Below are positions 17,150 through 27,627 of a DNA stretch of 64,000 nt, piece by piece. The stretch is from an uncultured Bacteroidales bacterium (GTDB lineage: Bacteria; Bacteroidota; Bacteroidia; Bacteroidales; VadinHA17): assembly GCA_963782945.1 (NCBI GenBank), contig CAWALO010000026.1:36742-100741 (forward strand), written 5' to 3'. Position 1 is the stretch's first letter. Each line of letters begins with the position of its first letter. Below the pieces are notes generated by a model that was not told the DNA's origin, ran no database searches, and worked only from the letters and a program-made list of their open reading frames with translations. Made by a program: the position numbers and the translations under genes.

Positions 17150-17745
17150 TTTTTTTTGCCCCCCCTGCCCCCCTAAACGTCAACTTAAGGTGACTGAAAA
17201 AGGCATTACTGGGATGAAAAGTAAAGGCAAACGGATTTTTAATGTTGAATTTAAGTTAGGTCATGGTATTCTCCCCTCCTTTTGAAGCTACCCTTTATAC
17301 ACATTTTAGAGTGATGTCAGAGTTTGAGCTGTTTATAGTAATCAAAACTGGTTCATCCCTCTGTTTATAATACTGGTAGATCCATGAGATCCCTCATTTC
17401 GCCATCCTTCGCAAGCTCAGGCTGGCTGCATTCGGGATGACAGGTCCATTTTAAAATCATGGAGGGAAGCGGCGGCGATTCGAAGTATTATTTACATGGC
17501 AATAATGTCCAATCGAATCGCCGCCGCTTCCCTCCATCACCACAAAAACGACCTGTCATCCCGAAGCGCAGCGAGGGATCTTATTCTCTCATAGACAATC
17601 AATTATAAAAAGTTATTCGATATTCAATGAATATTAAAATAAGATGTGTATAAAGGGTAGTCCTTCAAAAGGAGGGGAAACTTTTTCTGCCCTCCGTTTT
17701 TACAATTCTACTCTTAAGTTGACGGCCTTTGGGGTTTGGGGGTAA
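17150..17745. repeat. nested-palindrome element E3 (most complete copy, about 600 bp)
   Basis: The arms share several blocks: cgtcaacttaag / cttaagttgacg, tcccctccttttgaag / cttcaaaaggagggga, and ctaccctttatacacat / atgtgtataaagggtag. The middle inverted repeat is gatccctc..ttcgggatgacaggtc / gacctgtcatcccgaagcgcagcgagggatc. The core stem is 25 bp. Confidence 0.9.
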
Positions 17746-17792
17746 AAAGCATAGAACAAACCCGTTATCAGCAACAACTGCAACCCTTTTAT

Positions 17793-17800
17793 TATATTTG
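17793..17800 (+). promoter_or_regulatory. candidate -7 box TATATTTG
   Basis: TAnnTTTG match 17 nt upstream of the ATG at 17818. Confidence 0.4.
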
Positions 17801-17817
17801 TGTCTAATCTATAACCA

Positions 17818-18756
17818 ATGAAACGAATACTTGTAACCGGAGGCGCCGGGTTTATCGGTTCCCACCTTTGTGAACGGCTTCTCAGCCTGGGCAACGAGGT
17901 CATATGTCTCGACAACTATTTTACCGGGTCAAAGATGAATATCGTTCATCTTCTTGACAATCACTATTTTGAGCTTATCAGACATGACGTTACAATGCCG
18001 ATATTCGTTGAGACCGATGAGATATATAACCTTGCCTGCCCCGCATCACCGGTGCAATACCAGTATAATGGGATTAAAACGATCAAGACCTCGGTAATGG
18101 GTGCCATTAATGTCCTTGGGCTTGCAAAGAGGACAAAATCGAAGGTCCTTCAGGCCTCGACTAGCGAGATCTACGGAGATCCGGAGGTACACCCCCAGCA
18201 CGAAGGTTACTGGGGAAATGTAAATACCCTCGGACCAAGGGCTTGCTACGATGAAGGCAAGAGGTGTGCAGAAACACTCTTCATGAATTACCATCAGCAG
18301 AATAATGTCAAGATAAAAATCGCAAGGATCTTCAATACCTACGGGCCAAACATGAATGTCAACGATGGCCGGGTTGTTTCAAACTTTATAGTACAGGCAC
18401 TTAAAGGAGAAGATATTACCATTTTCGGTGATGGCTGCCAGACAAGGAGCTTCCAGTATATCGATGACCTGATTGACGGGCTGATAAGACTTATGGATTC
18501 TCCGGATAGCTTCACAGGCCCGGTCAACATCGGAAATCCTGTTGAATTCACAATGAGGTCACTCGCGGATATGATAATAGGTATGACCTCATCAAAGTCA
18601 AAAATCATCTATATGCCCCTGCCCCAGGATGATCCTAAACAACGTCAGCCTGATATCACTCTTGCCATGAAAGAGCTTGGATGGTCACCTACCGTGGATC
18701 TGGAGACTGGCCTGGGGAAGACCATTGATTACTTCAGGAAAATATTGAAGGGGTGA
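17818..18756 (+). CDS. UDP-glucuronate decarboxylase (UDP-xylose synthase), SDR family
   Basis: [14 protein letters not shown], the YDEGKR catalytic YxxxK, and 312 aa typical of UXS. Confidence 0.85.
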   Translation: MKRILVTGGAGFIGSHLCERLLSLGNEVICLDNYFTGSKMNIVHLLDNHYFELIRHDVTMPIFVETDEIYNLACPASPVQYQYNGIKTIKTSVMGAINVLGLAKRTKSKVLQASTSEIYGDPEVHPQHEGYWGNVNTLGPRACYDEGKRCAETLFMNYHQQNNVKIKIARIFNTYGPNMNVNDGRVVSNFIVQALKGEDITIFGDGCQTRSFQYIDDLIDGLIRLMDSPDSFTGPVNIGNPVEFTMRSLADMIIGMTSSKSKIIYMPLPQDDPKQRQPDITLAMKELGWSPTVDLETGLGKTIDYFRKILKG

Positions 18757-18771
18757 ATGGGGGAATGAACT

Positions 18772-20719
18772 ATGATTGACCGTCCGACAATAGAACGTAT
18801 CCTTGATGCAGCACAGATCGTTGATGTTGTTCAGGAATTTGTACCTCTGAAGAAACGAGGCGCAAACTTCCTCGGGTTATGCCCTTTTCATAATGAAAAA
18901 ACACCATCATTCACTGTCTCCCCGTCAAAGGAGATATTCAAATGTTTCGGTTGCGGGAAAGTAGGGAACTCGGTAAATTTTGTCATGGAACATGAACACC
19001 TCACCTATCCTGAGGCTCTTAAATACCTGGCAAAGAAGTACCATATAGAGGTCGTTGAAAAGGAACTGAGTCAGGATGAGATCGACAAGCAGAATGAGAG
19101 GGAAAGCCTGCTGGTTGTTACTGGCTATGCAGCCAGACAATTCACGGAAAACCTGTTTCAGACCGATGAGGGTATTAGAATCGGACTTACATATTTCAGG
19201 GAGAGGGGATTCCGGCAGGATACTCTCAAGAAGTTCGAAGTCGGTTACAGTTTCGATAAACGTGATGCCTTTTCAAAAAAGGCTCTTGAAGATGGCTATA
19301 AACAGAATTTTCTTGTGAAAACAGGTCTTTCCATTCAGGGTGAGGAACGCATCTTCGACAGGTTCAGCAGCAGGGTTATGTTCCCTATTCACTCTCTTTC
19401 AGGACAGGTACTGGGTTTCGGCGGAAGGATCCTGAAAACAGATCCAAAAAGTGCAAAATATCTCAACTCTCCTGAATCCGAGATTTATCACAAAAGCAGG
19501 ATACTCTACGGAATCTACCAGGCAAGAAAATCAATCACCGAAAAAGACAGGTGCTACCTCGTTGAGGGTTATACCGACGTGATGTCACTGCACGAAACGG
19601 GTATTGAGAACGTGGTGGCTTCATCGGGAACATCGCTGACGCAGGAACAGGTAAGACTCATTAAAAGGTTTACCCAGAATATAACAATACTTTATGATGG
19701 CGATGCTGCGGGAATAAAAGCCTCCATAAGAGGTATTGATATAGTCCTGGAAGAGGGAATGAATGTCAAGATAGTCCTTCTGCCCGATAAGGAGGATCCC
19801 GATTCATACTCGAAGAAGACCAGCAACGAGGAATTTGCAAAGTATATAAGAGAAAATGAGACGGATTTTATTCGTTTCAAGACAAATCTCCTGCTCTCCG
19901 AGGCAAATAATGATCCTGTCAGAAAAGCTGACCTCATACGGGATGTCGTAAAATCAATTGCAGTAATCCCTGAAACAATCACCAGGACAGTATACATCAA
20001 AGAGTGCAGCACACTGCTTGAGGTTTCGGAACCGATCCTTTATCATGAGGTAAATAAGCTGCGTCAGCAAAAGAGTTTTCAGGACAGGAATAAATACCCT
20101 GCTGCGGAAGATCTCCCGATACCGCCTCCTGTGATCACCAAGCCTGTTAAGCAGGAACCTGTCACCCTCTACTCGGAAAAGGAGGTAATCCGCCTTTTGC
20201 TGAAATTCGGCAGTGTTGAATTTGAGAGAACCCTTAATAAGGAGGATGGAAGAGAGGAGATTATTACAATAGCTGATTATATCGTCAGGGAGATCATTTC
20301 TGATGAGCTGCTTTTCGATAACCATGTCTGCGCCAGGATCTTTGAGGATATACAGGTTTCATGTTGAACACGGATTATTTACCGGTGATAAACAATTTGT
20401 AAAACATGAAGATCCAGAGATCTCAAGCCTGTCAGCCGACCTTCTTGCCGATTCGCATGAGCTCAGCCGGATCTGGCAGGAAAAGCAATCTTATGTTGAG
20501 ACTGAGGAGATGAAGCTAAAGGAGATTGTAGGAGATGTCGTTCTTAAATTTAAAAGCGACAAGATCATTATAAAAAGAAAAGAGATTATGCAACAGCTTG
20601 AAGAAGCAGTGAAAGCCAATGATACAGAGAAAGTTCTACTGCTTCAAAAAAGGTATTCAATACTCAGTACGGCTCTGGGAGCGATATCGAGAAAGCTGGG
20701 AAACAGGATATTGCTTTAG
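18772..20719 (+). CDS. dnaG: DNA primase DnaG, interrupted by a +1 frameshift near 20355-20359
   Basis: Zinc finger CPFHNEKTPSF...CFGCG and TOPRIM motifs EGYTDV / YDGDAAG. ORF 18772-20367 ends ...RIFEDIQVSC*, and ORF 20303-20719 in the +1 frame carries the usual C-terminal helical domain (FHVEHGLFTGDKQFVKHEDPEISSLSADLL...). Confidence 0.9.
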
Positions 20720-20739
20720 CGTGGGGTAATCAGCTCCCC

Positions 20740-20930
20740 AACCCACTACACACCCTCACTGCCCCCCATCCCCCCTGCTCACCATTGCTGCCCCCCATCC
20801 CCCCTAAAGGGGGGCTAATACTCTGATATTAAAAAGAATATATTATTTATCGTGGATTAACCCCCCTTTAGGAGGGCAGGGGGCAAAACTCTCAGACGAT
20901 CCAGGGGGGCAGGGGGGCAAAACTCTCAGT
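20740..20930. repeat. composite of C-run/G-run repeats around an AT-rich centre
   Basis: ctgccccccatcccccct occurs twice, the hairpin cccccctaaagggggg once, then the inverted copies agggcagggggcaaaactctcag and ggggggcaggggggcaaaactctcag. Confidence 0.7.
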
Positions 20931-21013
20931 GGAATTATGAGAACATTGCGAATAAATCATCTATTCTCAGAAGATTCATAATAATTATTATTTTTACTTC
21001 CCAAATTGAAATA

Positions 21014-21919
21014 ATGAACAGGCTCTGCAATCTTTTCATAACTTTTCTTTTATTTCTTAGTCTGGCTTCATGTAAAGAAAATCCTGTTGCCAAAGAACCT
21101 TTCGAACCATCTTTCTCCACATATAAGACAGATTCAGCGGGCACAAACACCTCATTTGTAAAAAATGAGATATTCTATGGGCTTCTGACACCGATAGAGA
21201 TCTGCCAGATCTTCAACAGGCTGGGAGTCACTTACAGTAATGCAATCCTGAATCCCACTTCAAACAAAGATCTCTACCTGAGTATCTCAAAAGCATCCAT
21301 TAATACCGGTATTTACGGAGTTGACATGGGATATCTCAAAATGTTCGGAGTAGGACAGGAGATGATCGAATATATGATGACAATACGATCTATGAGCAAC
21401 AAGCTCGGAATACCTGATAGTTATCTTACAGATCCGATCAAAAGCATTGAGTCGGATATGTCTGATCCTGACACTATTATGATTCTCATGAATAATGCCT
21501 ACTTCAAAATGGAGGATCACCTGCGGGAAGGAGGACGTGAAAGCACGGCAGGCCTTATGGTTATGGGAGGATGGGTTGAAGCCGTTTATATTGCTACCCA
21601 GCTTATTTACAATCCTGAAAATCCAGACCCCCAGGTGGTTCAGAAAATTGCCGAACAGAAATATACCCTTACCAGTCTGCTTAGCTTCCTGAAAAATTAC
21701 TATGATGATCCGGTTGTTGTATATTATACCAAGAAGCTCAAATACCTGAAAAACTATTTTGATACCTTCGATATATATTTCAGAAAAGGGGACCTTGAAA
21801 TTGACACCGCAAAACAGGTGCTCCGCGCCTCCGGCAGCGAAATGACTGTTGATGTTGAAACCCTTAACAAGATCAGGGATTACGTCAGTAAGCTCAGAAC
21901 AGAACTGGTGACGCCATAA
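21014..21919 (+). CDS. hypothetical lipoprotein upstream of the A2M gene
   Basis: 301 aa with the lipobox LSLASC. I recognised no motif. Confidence 0.55.
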   Translation: MNRLCNLFITFLLFLSLASCKENPVAKEPFEPSFSTYKTDSAGTNTSFVKNEIFYGLLTPIEICQIFNRLGVTYSNAILNPTSNKDLYLSISKASINTGIYGVDMGYLKMFGVGQEMIEYMMTIRSMSNKLGIPDSYLTDPIKSIESDMSDPDTIMILMNNAYFKMEDHLREGGRESTAGLMVMGGWVEAVYIATQLIYNPENPDPQVVQKIAEQKYTLTSLLSFLKNYYDDPVVVYYTKKLKYLKNYFDTFDIYFRKGDLEIDTAKQVLRASGSEMTVDVETLNKIRDYVSKLRTELVTP

Positions 21920-22052
21920 CCAACTAGTCTTAAATTGGACGTCATTGCGACCCCGACGAAGGAGGGGGAAGCAATCTTAAACTCCCATCCTGCGATTATC
22001 TTCCATCGTTTTTTTTTGTAATTTAGTTCCCCTAAACTAATATCCTCCGATC

Positions 22053-25000
22053 ATGAAAGCTGAAAAGATCCTTCTGATATTTCTCGCCTTACTTTTTGTT
22101 ACATCATGCGGCCCGAAAGATAAAAAGCCATTGCTGAAGCTCAGGAGAGACCGCCAGGGGGATTATACTGCAAACATCCCACTGGATAAGGGGTTCAGCG
22201 AGTATATTGCAGGTTATACATCGGGAATTATAGCATCAAATTCTGCAATAGAGGTCCGGTTCACTCCCGAATTTGCTGCAAAAGCTGATAAGTCAGCTAC
22301 CGGATTGTTTGTATTTGATCCGGCAATAAAAGGCAAAACAGAATGGAAAGATGAGTCAACCCTCGTCTTCACCCCTTCAAGGCTGCTTGAACCGGGAACA
22401 ACCTATACCGGCGGACTTAACCTGGATAAACTTGCCAGTGTACAGGAACGTCTGAAGGTTTTTCCACTTCGGATCCAGACACTAAAAAAAGATTTCCGCG
22501 TTACCGTTGGAGCACTGGAATGCGCTTCTCCCGAAGGAGATATTTACCTCCTTCACGGAGAGATAATCGCTTCAGATTTTATTGAAGCGAGGGAAGCTGA
22601 AAGCTGGCTCAGGGCAAAACTCGGAAGAAAGAAACTTGATATAAAGTGGGACCACCCGGATAATCTTATCCATAAGTTCACTGTATCAGGTATCGGCAGA
22701 AGCAGCGAATTGCAGGAACTCACCATTTCCTGGGACGGAACATCAACCGGAGTAAATCAGAAGGGTTCCTCCCTGATAAATATCCCTCCTGCAGGAGAAT
22801 TCAGCATTATTGATATTGCTATGTCTGCCGGTGAAAACCAGAAAATTGATATTATATTTTCTGATCCGGTTGAAGCTGCACAGGAGATTGATGGACTGAT
22901 TCAATTTACCCCTTCAACTCCGACAACTGTAAGTATCAACTCAAATATAATCAGCCTCTTTCCGTCAAACAAGTTACAGGGCACAGTCAGTCTGAATATT
23001 GAATCCTCATTAAAAAGCAACAAAGGATTAACACTCAAATCGTCGGTTCTCAGGCAGCTCAATTTCACCGCAGTACCCCCGGGGTTACTGACCGAAGGCA
23101 ACGGTGTTATTCTGCCTTCATCAAAAAATCTGATCTTCCCGTTTAAAGCGGCTAACCTGAAAGCAGTTGACCTCAGAATAGTAAGGATCTTTGATAACAA
23201 CCTTCCTTACTTTCTCCAGGAGAATAATCTCAACGGTAGCAGTTCCGTCAAAAGATTCGGACGTCCCGTTTTCTCAGGCAGAGTCGATCTGCTAAACAGC
23301 TCCGGAATGAATGCCGGGACATGGAATCTCTATACCATCGATCTTGCTGATTATATAGATATTGAGCCCGGGGTACTTTATAAAGTGTCGCTTGGAATGA
23401 GAAGATCCTATTCTCTGTATCCCTGCAGTGACAAGGGAGAAGAAAGCAAATATGAAGAGGAGCTTCAGCAGTCGGAGGAACAGAGCCGCGAATTCTGGGA
23501 TGATCCTGAAAATTATTATTATGACAACTACGATGACCTTTATTACAGATTCAATTTCAACTGGAGCGATCGCGAAAACCCATGCAAGGATGCTTACTAT
23601 TATCCTGACAGAGGCGTTTCAAGAAATATCCTTGCATCAAACATAGGTCTCATTGCAAAAAAAGGTGAGGATAAGATCCTTCATGTAATGGCCAACGACC
23701 TCATAACTGCCATGCCGTTAAATGGGGTCACTATCGATGTCTTTGATTTCCAGATGCAGCTGATAATTACAGGAACAACTGACCAGGATGGCTCCGCAGC
23801 CTTATTCTGTGAAAGAAAACCTTTCCTCGCAATTGCAAGAAAAGATAAGGACCGCAATTACCTCAAAGTCAATGATGGTTCTTCCCTTTCACTCAGTTCA
23901 TTTGATGTTACGGGAAGCAGTCCTGAAAATGGCATCAAAGCTTTTATTTACGGGGAAAGAGATGTCTGGAGACCGGGTGATTCCATATTTCTTTCGATCT
24001 TCATCAAGGATATGATGAGCGATCTGCCACCCGGCCACCCTGTTCAGTTTGAGCTCATTAATCCTCTGGAACAAAAGGCTGATAACCAGGTTCAGAAAGC
24101 CAGCGGTTCTAACCTTCTTGTTTTTAAAACAAAAACGGAGACGGATGCAGTAACAGGAAACTACAGGGCAGTGTTCAGGATAGGCGGCGCTACATTTACA
24201 AAACGTATCCGCATTGAAACTGTAAAGCCCAACAGGCTTAAAATAAACCTTAATTTCCCTGCCGAAATCCTTGGGGGGTCGGATCCCGTCACCAAAGGGA
24301 CCCTCAACGTAAAGTGGCTTAACGGGTCTGTTGCAAAGAATCTTAGAGCATCTGTTGAATATCTCCTGAAACATACAAAAACTGAATTCGAAAAATACGG
24401 GCAGTATACCTTTGATGACCCGGCAAAGGAATTTTACTCAGAAACTGTCAGGATCTTTGATGATGCTATTGATGAGAACGGAAATGCGAAAATTACTTTT
24501 GACCCCGAGGAGATAGATGCCCCCGGAATGCTGAATGCAGTTTTCACTGCAAGAGCAAAGGAACCGGGAGGTGATGAGAGCATTACCCAGACAACAATCA
24601 AATATGCACCATATCCTGTCTTTGCAGGTATCAATCTTCCCGGGCTGAAAGGAAAAGAGAGGATGCTTTTCACTGACACCGACAATGAAATAAAAATAGT
24701 CACGGTTGACGAAAAAGGAAAACCTGTCAGATCGGAGGTTGAGATCACTATTTATAAAATCTCCTACAGATGGTGGTGGGAATCTGACGAGGAGAATCTT
24801 GGATACTATATTTCCAGTGACGAATATAAACCCGTGATCAGAAAGACCATTGCAACCTCAGGAGGTGAAGGTTCCATCACCTTCAATATTGGTAAGAAAG
24901 ATTGGGGCCGGTACCTGATAAGGGCGACAACGCCGGCTGGCCATTCCACCGGAAAAATACTCCTCGTTGACTGGCCCTGGGAATACGGGATGAAAGGAAA

Positions 25001-27627
25001 CAGTGACGGTGCAACCCTGCTCTCTGTTAACACAGATAAGGCAAAATACAATCCGGGTGATCAGATAAAACTTTCGTTCCCTTCACCGGAAAACTCCCGT
25101 GCCATTATCACCCTTGAAAACTCAACCGGAGTACTTGAACAGATCCGCGTAAACACCAAAAAAGGTACCACGGAAGTCAGCTTCATGGCAAAACCTGAGA
25201 TGGCTCCCAATGTTTACGCCTATGTAACAGTGATACAGCCCCATGCGCAGTCGATTAACGATATGCCTGTAAGGCTGTACGGTATTGTGCCTGTAATGGT
25301 TGAAGATCCTGATACCAGGCTTTCACCTCTTATTGATATGCCGGATGAGCTGAGGTCACAAAAACCTTTCACCATAAAGGTCAGCGAGGCAAACAGAAAA
25401 GCTATGGCCTATACCGTGGCAGTTGTAGATGAAGGCTTGCTTGATCTGACAGGATTCAAAACACCAAATCCATGGGACTATTTTTACTCCCGGGAAGCTC
25501 TCGGTGTCAAGACATGGGATCTTTACGACTATGTTCTCGGAGCATTCGGAGGAACCCTCGAAAAGATCTTTGCCATAGGTGGTGATGAAGCGCTGACTGA
25601 CAAATCTGCCAACAAGGCAAAGAGATTTGTGCCAGTGGTCAGGTTCCTTGGCCCGTTCTAATCTGGCAGCAGGAAAGACCAATGCCCATGTCATTTCTCT
25701 TCCGCAATATACCGGGTCAGTAAGGATTATGGTTATTGCAGGAAGCGACAGGTCGTTCGGCATTGCTGAAAAAGCTGTCCCTGTAAGAGATCCTCTTATG
25801 GTACTCGTAACCGCTCCCAGGGTAATCAGTCCGGGCGAAAAAGTTGCACTCCCAATGACCCTCTTTATCCAGAAGGAGGGAATAAAAGATATTGTAGTTA
25901 AGGCGGAATCCAATGAGCTGGTAAGCTTTAAAGAGAATACTGTCAATGTATCTGCAACAGGTCCGGGAGAAAAAGATGCAGAACTTTCATTTACTGTCGG
26001 AGAAAAGAGAGGAATTGCTAAGATCAGCATCACGGCAACAGGCGGAGGTGAAACAGCCACTTATAATATGACAATTGAAGTAAGAAGCCCCAATCCTCCG
26101 GAAACAAGGTCTGAATTAAAAGTTTTAAGGAATGGAGAAAAATGGGAAACCTCTTTCCGGCCGATCGGGATCTATGGCTCAAATTCTGCAATCCTTGAGG
26201 TCTCCTCCCTGCCTTCAATAAACCTTGAGAAAAGGCTGGATTATCTGATCAATTATCCTCATGGCTGTTCAGAACAGATAACATCCGCAGCCTTCCCTCA
26301 ATTATGGCTTAAGGACCTTAAGGGCACCGATGCTGTCATTTCCGAGAGTGTGTCGGCCAATGTTAAGGAAGCCATCAGTAAAATTATCTCCAGACAAATG
26401 GCTGACGGAGGTATTGCACTCTGGCCCGGCGCAATCCAGGCCGATAACTGGGTTACCTCCTATGCAGGACACTTTATGACTGAGGCAGAAAGATTGGGAT
26501 ACAGCATCCCGGCAGGCTTCAAACAGAGATGGATAAGCTTCCAGAAAAAAGAAGCCCAGGATTGGCGCGCTGATAAACAATTCAGGCAATCAGCAACTGA
26601 CCAGGCCTACAGGCTGTTTACCCTGGCATTGGCAGGACAACCCGAGAAAGGAGCAATGAACAGGCTCAGAGAAACAACAGACATTCCGCAGCTCTCACGA
26701 TGGCTGCTGGCGGCAGCCTTTGCAAAAACAGGACGTCCGGAAGTTGCCTCAGGTCTGCTTGATGTGAGAAATACCTCAACAGAACCTGAGTATTATGATT
26801 ATTATTATGGCAGCAGTATCCGCGATAAAGCAATTATATTGTACACTCTTACACTTCTTAAAAATGAAGAACAGGCTCTCCCATTGCTGAAAGAGATTTG
26901 TGACAATTTCAATGAAAACAGCTGGTACAGTACACAATCAATCGCATGGGGGCTTTTCTCCTACATGAAATGGGCCGAAACCCTTACCGGAAACCAGGAT
27001 AGCCCTTCAAAAATAAAGATCAGCCTGAATGGGGAAAGATCAGAACAATCGATACTGTCAAAACAGGTCTGGTCAAAGGAGTTAAAGATGACTGACGGGA
27101 ATAATTCACTGATTGTTGAAAACAGCTCAGATAAACCAGTCTATCTGACTCTCATCAGAAAAGGCATTCCGATGCAGTCCGATATTGTAAGGGAAGAAAA
27201 GGGCCTGGCAATGAAAGTAGACTATATGGATATGAATATGAGACCTGTCGATCATAAAAATCTTGAACAGGGATCAGATTTTATGATGGTGGTTAAGGTT
27301 ACCAATAATACTTTCACAGAGATTGATAATATAGCTCTCACTCAAATGGTGCCCTCCGGATGGGAGATCCGAAACACGAGACTGTTTGATGCTGTCACCG
27401 GAATTAAAGAAAGCAGCTATGACTACCGCGACTTCAGGGATGACAGGCTAAATACCTATTTTAGCCTGGGAAGAGGCGAGTCAAAGACTTTTCTGATGAT
27501 TATCAGCGCTGCCTATAAAGGAGAGTTCTATCAGCCCTCAATCTGGTGCGAAGCAATGTACAAGGCAAACTGCTATTCCAGGTATCCGGGGAATCCTGTA
27601 AAAGTAACCGGCCGGAAAATTGAATAA
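22053..27627 (+). CDS. bacterial alpha-2-macroglobulin family lipoprotein, interrupted by a +1 frameshift near 25656-25660
   Basis: Lipobox VTSC. ORF1 ends ...RFLGPF*, and ORF2 in the +1 frame continues NLAAGKTNAHVISLPQYTGSVRIMVIAG. The thioester motif YPHGCSEQ is in the second part. The combined length of about 1850 aa is typical. Confidence 0.9.

Noticed and set aside
20340-20370. Programmed +1 ribosomal frameshifting (prfB-like) as the cause of the eight +1 interruptions.
   Set aside because: The eight sites share no slippery motif, no upstream SD-like stimulator, and no consistent position relative to the 0-frame stop. Homology places several shifts well before the stop. I keep this only as a low-probability alternative in the findings.
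20303-20719. A separate 138-aa gene after dnaG.
   Set aside because: Apart from its first ~17 codons, it is the normal C-terminal helical domain of DnaG displaced by a one-base shift. The same logic applies to 25627-27627, 12736-13263, 55473-55694 and 58392-58742.
13783-26060. Numerous 60-230-aa ORFs antisense to or out of frame within large genes (for example 13783-14175, 23898-24374, 25356-26060, 19954-20325).
   Set aside because: They are fully contained in strongly supported genes (ileS, A2M, dnaG) and have low-complexity or unrecognisable translations. They are typical shadow ORFs.
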